Shown piece after piece: positions 44,807 to 53,100 of a stretch of DNA of 54,743 bases. A program made the translations under genes and the position numbers. Under the pieces are notes generated by a model, which did no database searches, had not been told where the DNA came from, and was given only the letters and a program-made list of their open reading frames with translations. Within the stretch, counting starts at the first letter, position 1; each line of letters begins with the position of its first letter. Source of the stretch: an uncultured Clostridia bacterium (GTDB taxonomy: Bacteria > Bacillota > Desulfitisporia > Desulfitisporales > JAWSUQ01); the NCBI GenBank assembly GCA_964454195.1, contig CAYVRD010000001.1, forward strand, positions 1 through 54,743, written 5' to 3'.

Positions 44807-47800
44807 ATGAAATTAAACAGTAAAGCAGCGGTAGCATTAGCAATAATCATTGGCTTAATATTAGGAATGCTGCCAGGACAGCTATCAATGGCTGAGGCTG
44901 CCAATACCATTAGCCTACAACAAGTGATTGTGGAAAATAAATCACAAAACATAGCAGTTACTATTTCAACTAGTGAAGTAAGTCCAGGAACCCCGCTTAA
45001 TATAAGACTAATGAATAACAATGATCAGATAGCTAGTGCAACCGGGATTGTAGGTATGGGAGGAAAAGCCACTATAAATATAGCCATTCCCCCAGGAACT
45101 CCTGTTGGATATTATCAGCTTGTGGCTGAGATTGGAAATCAGCCATCTTTGATTGTGGGTCAAACCAATTTTTGGTTTGCGCCGGAAACACAAACAGCTC
45201 CAAGTGCCAGCTATGCTATTAATCCTATTAATTTAAGTCCAGCTACATCGGGAATGGTAGAATTAAATATTACAGGGAATAATTTTTCAGGATTCACTGG
45301 CAATTATCGGACCGTAATATATGGTCTTCCTACTAGTATTTTAAATATGTTGCCCCAAAGTGACGTTCCAGTTGAACAATCCTTGCTTTCGTATTCTGTA
45401 AATGGAGGAGCAGAAACGGCTATTACTCAAGGACATAGATTAAGAAATGGTAACAATTTAAATGGCGGTGTCACAGTAATTACTAACGCTGATGGAGCGC
45501 TAATATCAAGTCAGACCAACATAACTCTAAAAGGAATTTTACCTCCAGGAAACTATAACCTGAGGGTTGTAGTGGAGAAGGTAGAAACTGGACAGGAGAA
45601 TAAATATATTCCAGTCTATGCGTCGGAAGAGCTAAGCTTTACTGTGACAAGTCCGGAAACTATCTTGTCGGTTCTGCCAAGAAATGGTGCAGTAATCAGC
45701 AGCAGTCAGTCTCAAGATGTGCCTGTGGAGATAAGGACAAGTGGAGTAGGCCCTGGTAGAACTATTGAGCTGCAGCTAAAAAATACAGATAGTACAGTAG
45801 CAGAAGCTACAGGCCTTAGCAGCTCCAGTGGTATCACTACAATTAATCTTCCTTTGCCTGCAAATATTATGCCAGGAACTTACATAATAGAAGCTAAAAT
45901 AGATAGTATAAAAGCCTCCAGTAATTTAAAGGTGCTCCCTCAGGATAAACCCAATGCTTTGTTTACTCTTACTTGGGTTCCGGTAGAATCCTCGGGTTTA
46001 AACAGTGGAGAGTATGGGGTGCTGAGATTGTCTGTAGCTCTGATGCAGAACATAGCTAATGATGATAGACTACGGTACGCAGTGTACGGAATCCCTCCAG
46101 CTGTGTTAAATAAACTGCCAGGTGCGGCAAACCAACTACATAGCTCGCCATTACTTTACCCAATAGATGGTGTAGGCACTAGCTCAGGGGGAGGAAATGA
46201 TCATGATGGCTACGCATCCTTTACCCAAAGTGATAGAGACCCAACAAACCCTGGAGTCCTTTATTTTGGACCCGCTGGTGGATTAACAAAGGAGCAGCTT
46301 TTTGCCAACAATGCCACCTCCTTAGAGACCTTTTTTAAAGCCAAGCTGCCTGCAGGAAACTATCCACTGCAGCTGGGACTAGTGCTGGTGGAAGGAACTC
46401 AGCAGCAGGGCTACAAGTATACTCCTTTAGTTGTATCAGACACTTTTATGTTGCGTGTTAATCCAAGGGGGCAGCTGACAGGAGTTATTCCAAAGCCCAT
46501 TTTTGCCAATAAATCTACCTTGAGCACCACCGTATTTGATCCAAATCCTAATTTGGACCAGCGGGTGGGTGTAAACCACCAGACCCAATTTATCAACCTG
46601 GTTTTTAATAATAATAATAATAATTCACTGCAACTGGCGGCAGGCAGGAGCTTAAATGATATTTTAGTTACAGCTAATGGGGTAGACGAGCGAATAAAGT
46701 TCAGTCCGGTAATTACTGGTCAGGATGTATTGGCCTTTAACCTAAAGCCAATTTATCGCCTAGCCCAAAATAAGCTCTACAGAATTACTATTCCAGGAGG
46801 AACCTTTGAGGGCAATCCAGACAGCATAGAGTTTTCTTTTGTGACCACTGGTGTCACCGAAACAATTCATGGCCTAGTGACAGCTACTAGTCCCAAGGCA
46901 AATGACCTTCAGGTGAGGGCAGAGGGAACAAAGCAAATTAGAATAGATATGGTTAGTCCTTTTACTATAGACAATAACAATAACAATAACAAAATCGAGC
47001 TAGTGGCTACAAAGATGACTAATAACAGCACTGAAGTTCACCAAAAGGCGGATTTTAATATAACAACAAGTGGCAATAGTCTATTATTTACAGTGCGCGA
47101 TAATGGGGATTTAAAGCCTTATGCAAATTACGTAGTGACCCTTAAGCCAGGGGCTATTTCCCTGAATAATACAGCAGACAGTGTGGGCGGAGCTATTACA
47201 AATCAAGAAGAGATTAAATTAACCTTTACCACAGGAGAAATGGTGGCCAGCACTGTTCCAGCAAATGGTGCAGTTGGCGTAAGCCTCCAGCCACAAATCA
47301 GAATTATCTTTAAAGAGGAAATTGAATTTGTGTCTCCTCCTGGTCATCTTGGCAAAATCTCTCTTAGCTCCCTATCCCATAGCATTAATTTAACTGATGC
47401 GGATATCAAAATTGTACCTGACAGCAATGGGAAAAATACTATTCTCCAGATTCATGTCAACGATGATGGCTCAGGCACTAGGGTTTTAAGAGCCAATACG
47501 GTCTATACGTTAAATATTGAAAAAGAAACTGTAATGTACACCAGTGATGCCAATAATCCTGGGGTAAGAAACCGCTCCATTTCCTTAAGCTTTACTACCA
47601 CTAGCTCGGGGGCGAATCCCCAGCTCACCGGTGCCCAGGTGGGAGCAGACGGCAACATACACCTGACCTTTGACCGGCAGATCCAATTTGATGTGGAAGA
47701 TCAAGGGCGGCGATTGGACAGGGTAGAGCTTTTTCAAGTGCCTAAAGGTCTTGGGACTGCCTTTGATAGCCAGGGGCGAAAATATGACACAGGCTATGCC

Positions 47801-50149
47801 TTTGTAGTGACAAATAATAGGGTGGAGCACTTGCCAAACCATGAAAGAGTTGGGATCCCGGTAGATAGAGTTGAAATGGGAGCTACTAATAATACCATTA
47901 GAATAGTGCCCCAATTTCCTCTGCTACCTTTAAACGAATATGAAGTAAGGGTTGGCAGTTCTCTGATTCAGGATATCCACGGACATAAGCTGAGACAGAA
48001 TGTGGTGAGAAATGTCTGGAGTCCAGCTATCACCTCCAACCTTCAGCCTCGATGGCTAGGATTTGCTGACTTAGGTCAAGCAACTGTCACTAATGTGGGA
48101 ACAGAGCAGTTGCCAAATTATCAGGTTGTCAATGCCCCTCGATATAGTGAAGCAAACCCTATTACCTTATTGGTGGACGGGGAAATTGTACCTAGAAGCT
48201 TAAGTGGTCTAATGGGAATTAATCTAGTAGAGCAATTCAGAGATCAAGAAAACATCGGCTTTGTCCGGTTTGAAGTTCAATATATCTTTAGCCAGGGTCA
48301 AAAACAAACTAAAATTCTTCTCTACCCAGCCCAGGAGCTGGGTGCAGGTAAAACCTATCAGTTAACTATTCCGGGGGATGTCTGGCGAGCCAGAAACAAC
48401 AGATCCTTGCCTGGGGCTACAGCCCAGCTAGTGATAGTCGATGACAAGAGCGCTCCTAAAGGAATTTTAAGCTTACTGAATAACAGTGTGGCTGTAACGT
48501 CCTTGATGACAGGAGATTGGATCTTTACAATTAGGGGCTTTAATTTCCATGAGTCAATTGAAAAAATTGAGCTAGTTCCTATTGCTGGACCGGCTCAGGG
48601 ACTTCAGCGAATTGAAATAAGGCCAGAAAACATCTATTTTAGAAGCTCAACAGAAATCCAAGCTAGGATAACAGGGGCTAACCGAGCTGAGCTAGCTCGA
48701 GAAGCACGAGTAGGCGATTACCGAGTTTATATCTATTTTAATCAGGATAATCAGGACTACAAGGTTATTCAAAGTCCTGCAGGTGTTAATTTGTCAATAG
48801 CATCTAAAGGAAAGCCAGCAGTTAAAGCCTTTTTGCCCGCTGATGGCGCCACAGGGATTAATGAAAGAACCCTTTTACCAAGAACTATAGACGGAGTAAC
48901 TCGCTATTTCCTTAGAGTGACCTTTGCCGATATTGATGGCTCATTGAGATTTAATCAAACAATGGGAACAAGCATACTGAAAAGCTCTTCCTTTGTTCGC
49001 TCGGAAGGGGGCAGTCAGCTTTCCATGGTTGATGTGGATTTTTTAAACTTTATAGACTCATTGGAGGATAGCAAACGCAAGGAATATATTGACCAGCATA
49101 TTTTTACCAAGAATACCAGCGCTGGAGAAGCCTATCTGTTTATTCCTGTGCGATTACTGCGCAACAACACCAGGTATCTAGTGCATATTGGATCTGGAGT
49201 AGTGCTCAATGATATTCCGGGAGATGGGGGACGCAGCGATGCAATTGCCTGGAGCTTTTCCACCATGCCTGAACCCTTCCTCGAAGGGATTAACCCAGCC
49301 AGTGTGGCAGCAGGCTACGATGAAAGTCAGCCCATAATCATTGCCGGAGACAATTTCTACACAGGAGCTATCACAGTGCTATTTAATAGCCGGCAGGCCC
49401 ACAACACTATTATTAGAGAGGATAGTAGTGGCAGGAAGTTCTTGGAGGTCTATTTGCCTAGAGGGAGCAATCGCCTACAGCCAGGCACCTATGATGTGAC
49501 AGTGCGCAACTCGGCAAACCATGAGCGAATCTACTACGGAGCCTTTAGCGTAATTCCCTCCGGAGGCAGCACTCCCCCTGGACAAGAGGGCTCTAGGATT
49601 AAAAATGAAGCTCCAGAGGGAACAGTTATTGAAACAACCCTTATCAGTGAAGATACCCTGGTTCTAAATAGCAGACATAGCAACAGAAACAGTCTTTCCC
49701 TAAACCTAGATACCTTAATGGGGGAGGATGTGCTTACCAGATTAATCAAGTACACCGCCCGAAATGGTGGCCGGATTGGCACCTTAGAGACTAGGTCCAA
49801 GTGGGCAGACATAACATTACACAATCTAACTGCTACTACTGACCGAAGAGGAGAAGAGGTGGTGATTAGCCTGGGCAGAGTACAGCCGACAGTAGGCCAA
49901 TCCCTTGCACGAAACATCAGAGGGGGAACAGCAAGATCCGAGCTGATAGAGGTCAAGGCCACCAATGCAACTATAGGAAGTATTCGCTTAGATATACCCT
50001 TTAGAAACAGTGATGGCAGCAACCTAAAGGTGATGCGCTATGATGAGCGACTGCGCAGCTGGTACGATGTACCCTCGGCAGTAGATAGAATCAACCAGAC
50101 AGTGCGAGTTGTAAGCAACCAGCCAGGAATATTTTTAGTGGTGGAGTAG
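44807..50149 (+). CDS. Giant secreted repeat protein (1780 aa): duplicated N-terminal modules, several SbsA/Big_5-like Ig domains and one IPT/TIG-like domain
   Basis: GGAGG lies 8 nt before the ATG. Signal peptide ...GMLPGQLSMAEA-AN. Repeated modules fit the Big_5-like pattern (P.NGA.GV....I.I.F...I.F ... Y.L.I). The C-terminal region has INPASVAAGYDESQPIIIAGDNF (IPT-like). There is no LPXTG or SLH motif. Confidence 0.85.
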   Translation: MKLNSKAAVALAIIIGLILGMLPGQLSMAEAANTISLQQVIVENKSQNIAVTISTSEVSPGTPLNIRLMNNNDQIASATGIVGMGGKATINIAIPPGTPVGYYQLVAEIGNQPSLIVGQTNFWFAPETQTAPSASYAINPINLSPATSGMVELNITGNNFSGFTGNYRTVIYGLPTSILNMLPQSDVPVEQSLLSYSVNGGAETAITQGHRLRNGNNLNGGVTVITNADGALISSQTNITLKGILPPGNYNLRVVVEKVETGQENKYIPVYASEELSFTVTSPETILSVLPRNGAVISSSQSQDVPVEIRTSGVGPGRTIELQLKNTDSTVAEATGLSSSSGITTINLPLPANIMPGTYIIEAKIDSIKASSNLKVLPQDKPNALFTLTWVPVESSGLNSGEYGVLRLSVALMQNIANDDRLRYAVYGIPPAVLNKLPGAANQLHSSPLLYPIDGVGTSSGGGNDHDGYASFTQSDRDPTNPGVLYFGPAGGLTKEQLFANNATSLETFFKAKLPAGNYPLQLGLVLVEGTQQQGYKYTPLVVSDTFMLRVNPRGQLTGVIPKPIFANKSTLSTTVFDPNPNLDQRVGVNHQTQFINLVFNNNNNNSLQLAAGRSLNDILVTANGVDERIKFSPVITGQDVLAFNLKPIYRLAQNKLYRITIPGGTFEGNPDSIEFSFVTTGVTETIHGLVTATSPKANDLQVRAEGTKQIRIDMVSPFTIDNNNNNNKIELVATKMTNNSTEVHQKADFNITTSGNSLLFTVRDNGDLKPYANYVVTLKPGAISLNNTADSVGGAITNQEEIKLTFTTGEMVASTVPANGAVGVSLQPQIRIIFKEEIEFVSPPGHLGKISLSSLSHSINLTDADIKIVPDSNGKNTILQIHVNDDGSGTRVLRANTVYTLNIEKETVMYTSDANNPGVRNRSISLSFTTTSSGANPQLTGAQVGADGNIHLTFDRQIQFDVEDQGRRLDRVELFQVPKGLGTAFDSQGRKYDTGYAFVVTNNRVEHLPNHERVGIPVDRVEMGATNNTIRIVPQFPLLPLNEYEVRVGSSLIQDIHGHKLRQNVVRNVWSPAITSNLQPRWLGFADLGQATVTNVGTEQLPNYQVVNAPRYSEANPITLLVDGEIVPRSLSGLMGINLVEQFRDQENIGFVRFEVQYIFSQGQKQTKILLYPAQELGAGKTYQLTIPGDVWRARNNRSLPGATAQLVIVDDKSAPKGILSLLNNSVAVTSLMTGDWIFTIRGFNFHESIEKIELVPIAGPAQGLQRIEIRPENIYFRSSTEIQARITGANRAELAREARVGDYRVYIYFNQDNQDYKVIQSPAGVNLSIASKGKPAVKAFLPADGATGINERTLLPRTIDGVTRYFLRVTFADIDGSLRFNQTMGTSILKSSSFVRSEGGSQLSMVDVDFLNFIDSLEDSKRKEYIDQHIFTKNTSAGEAYLFIPVRLLRNNTRYLVHIGSGVVLNDIPGDGGRSDAIAWSFSTMPEPFLEGINPASVAAGYDESQPIIIAGDNFYTGAITVLFNSRQAHNTIIREDSSGRKFLEVYLPRGSNRLQPGTYDVTVRNSANHERIYYGAFSVIPSGGSTPPGQEGSRIKNEAPEGTVIETTLISEDTLVLNSRHSNRNSLSLNLDTLMGEDVLTRLIKYTARNGGRIGTLETRSKWADITLHNLTATTDRRGEEVVISLGRVQPTVGQSLARNIRGGTARSELIEVKATNATIGSIRLDIPFRNSDGSNLKVMRYDERLRSWYDVPSAVDRINQTVRVVSNQPGIFLVVE
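46607..46624 (+). repeat. (AAT)6 in-frame microsatellite encoding Asn6
   Basis: Read directly, in frame with the giant CDS. Confidence 0.95.
46973..46990 (+). repeat. (AATAAC)3 in-frame repeat encoding Asn6
   Basis: Read directly, in frame with the giant CDS. Confidence 0.95.
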
Positions 50150-50188
50150 ACAGCAGTGGAAAAAGACAATATACAAGGAGATGATTAG

Positions 50189-53100
50189 GTGACTATGAAC
50201 TGGGGGAGAAAAAGAGGTTCAAAGGCTAATAGAATGATTGCATTATTAGTTGCCTTCTTTATGCTGTTAGGCTGTGTAGGCGATTTTATTCAGCCTGCCT
50301 TTGGGTCAGTATTAGACATAGATAGAGTAATTATTGAAGCAGTACTAGATGAATATAAGCTAGCTAGAATAATAGTCTACGTTGAGGTTTCTGGTACACC
50401 TGGAACCTATCCAGTTCGCTACACTAGATTAGGAGTACCTGTATTTCTCGGAAATGTAGTTATCCCTCCGGGGACTGAAATAGGCTATGGATCTGCTCAA
50501 TTCACATTAACCGGTGCAGCTCTGCAAAATGCGGAGGGTATGATTGATATAAGTGTAGGTAGCAAAACAGCAGCAACACAATTTCAAGATATGCCAACTA
50601 TTTTAGACCCCCAATCTAATTTAATGGTAGAAGTTCCTACAGGAACATCAGGAGGAACAATTACATTTAGAGGTGATAAGTTTAATACCCTTACTGGTTC
50701 TACTCCTAGTGTACAAATGAAAATAGAACGTACCACGGGAACATGGGGACCGAATCCTCCTACTATCAACAACGGAGAGTTGACTATAACTGGACTAATC
50801 AGGGAAACAGGAAGTACAGGCAGTCAAAATGTGGTATTTGAAAGAGTTACTACTAATGGTACGGAGATAGGAGTTTTTAAGCGCTATGAGAATGCATTTA
50901 GACTAGTTGATCGGCTAAACTATGATGACCTGAGATTTACACCTCGTCGGGGTGTGGTCGGTAGTTTTCTGTATATAACCACCACCTCACCTGAAGGTTT
51001 TCAAAATCATGATGTGACTTTCTTAGAGAGCTCGATAGATACATTTAGAGCCACTAATACAGCCAAGCAAGCCAATATAAGCTACTCAGAAGACCGCAAG
51101 CTAATGCGAGTAAGAATTCCGAGTACGTTAGCAGCAAATAAGAACTATATGGTATATATAACTAATCCAATAGCTCAAGCTACTGGAGATTTTACCAATC
51201 AAGTTACACGCCGTCAGCGAGTAGGCGAGTTAACCAACGATAGATTTTTTGTCATTGAGGCTGATGTAGCTCCTATTATTACTGAGGTCAGTCCTAATTC
51301 AGGTCCAAATAATGGTCAAGAGGTAAGAATTATCGGCTACAACTTTGAGGAACTAAACTATATTGAGGGATTTGAAAACCTAGTAGTCACTCCTAGTTTA
51401 ATTAGAGAAATAAGTACGGTTAATAGGCCAATTACTACTGATGTAATTCCTGGCAGTGAGTTAAATCCCTCTGGCCCAAACATCGAGAAACTTAGCATTG
51501 CTTATCAACCCATAGTTATTAATGACAGAACCTTTAATGTGGAGAAACATATCTCGGTTTTTTTTGGCGGTTTAGATGCATCAATTGTTGAAGATAAAGT
51601 TTTACTCACAAATACAGGAGACCTAAAAGACTTTATTACTGTAAGAACTAGAAATACTACTAGAACTGATACGGTAGATGTAATGATGATTTTAGAAACA
51701 ATTATAACAGAAGGGAGTAATGTAGTTAGGTCTAATTATATAATTGTCAGAGAAAAAGCCTATACCTTGCTGCCTAGCTATATAGCTCCTACAATCGACG
51801 AGGTAATACCAAATAAAATTCAGGTGCAACCCACTAATAGCGTTTGGGAAACAAAAGAGGACATGGTTATCGGAATAAGAGGCAGTAATTTTAAGGTTTA
51901 CAGATATCGGGTTGGAAATAACGAAGTAGCCAACTATCCTTTAGTGTACATAAGCGATGACATTATCTTAAAAAGAGTCGGTAATGATGTGCTTAAGAGA
52001 AGCGGAAATGTATTTGTACCATTACCTGGGGCAACTTTAGAAGTAATTAATCATCAAGGATTAGAGGTTAATGGCACCATAGGAAATCAGACAGGAAACT
52101 ATATAGTAATTACCTTACCTAAAGGCCAAGAAGTAAGTTCATTAGGGCCACAGAAGGTAGCAGTGAGCAATCCAGTATTAAATACCTTAGATCATGGCAA
52201 TGTACCTACTGAGAGACCACAAGCTGTGGATTTCGTCCTGGGCACCAACAACCCGTCTATTACTAACGTCACTCCCCGAGCCACTACTGTGGACTCGGGA
52301 GTAGAAATAGCGGTAACGGGAATTAACTTTGCCCCTGGTGTTAGAGTTTTCTTAGGGGGAAGAGAAATACCCCAGGGCAATATTAGAAGGATTGTTAGTG
52401 CAGATGGAATTGGTGTAGAGCTTAGATTTAATGCCCTTAGGGCACCATTGGCTAAGGTAGGCTATACCCGACTTATGGTCATGAATCCCACTGGTGAGAT
52501 TGCCACCAGTGACTTTACCTATGTAACTACCTTAGGACAAGATCCTAGAATAACCTCCTTCTCTCCTGATCGGGGAACTCATGGATCAAAGATAGTGGTG
52601 GATGGAGTTAATTTTGCCAAGCCTAATCCAGGTATATTAGATATACAAGGCAGAGCCATTTATCGTTTAATAGGGTCAATCATTAAACTAGATGGGCGAG
52701 ATGTAAATGATTATGTGTTAGACCCAAGGGGTAACCCTATGCTAGAGAACTATATTAGTCCTAACGGGAACCCCATCTTGTCAGCCACTGATAACACTGT
52801 CAACCTGGCAGACTATTATCAAGGTGTTATCCTGAGAGAAGGACCGTTAAACAACCCAATAAATTTTTATGTTTTGAATGTGGATAGGAGTGGTAGAATT
52901 ACCTTGACAGACGGGGGGGGGTCTGCTGAAGGTCAGTTGGTTAAGCAATATGAAATAAGTGCTATTGGTGATGAGCTTAGAGCACAAATGGGTAATGATA
53001 TTTACCAAATAGCTGTAAATAATAACAGAATTACTCTAACTAAGACAAGTGGTACTCCTCATCACTTTGAGTTAAATTTAATGACTGTCTTTAGAGTAGA

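Noticed and set aside
44286-45021. ORFs 44286..44516 (+) and 44737..45021 (-)
   Set aside because: The first is antisense to the 5' end of the SLT gene. The second is antisense to the start of the giant gene. Neither has an RBS or recognisable motifs.
4175-50022. Many 60-160-aa antisense or out-of-frame ORFs inside long genes, e.g. 4582..4797 (-), 5439..5648 (-), 21287..21562 (-), 30517..30886 (-), 31480..31824 (-), 38635..39162 (-), 47585..47914 (-), 49534..50022 (-), 50584..50772 (-), 52192..52380 (-)
   Set aside because: Each lies fully inside a strongly supported CDS on the other strand or in another frame. They lack RBSs and have skewed Ser/Pro/Leu/Arg composition typical of shadow ORFs.
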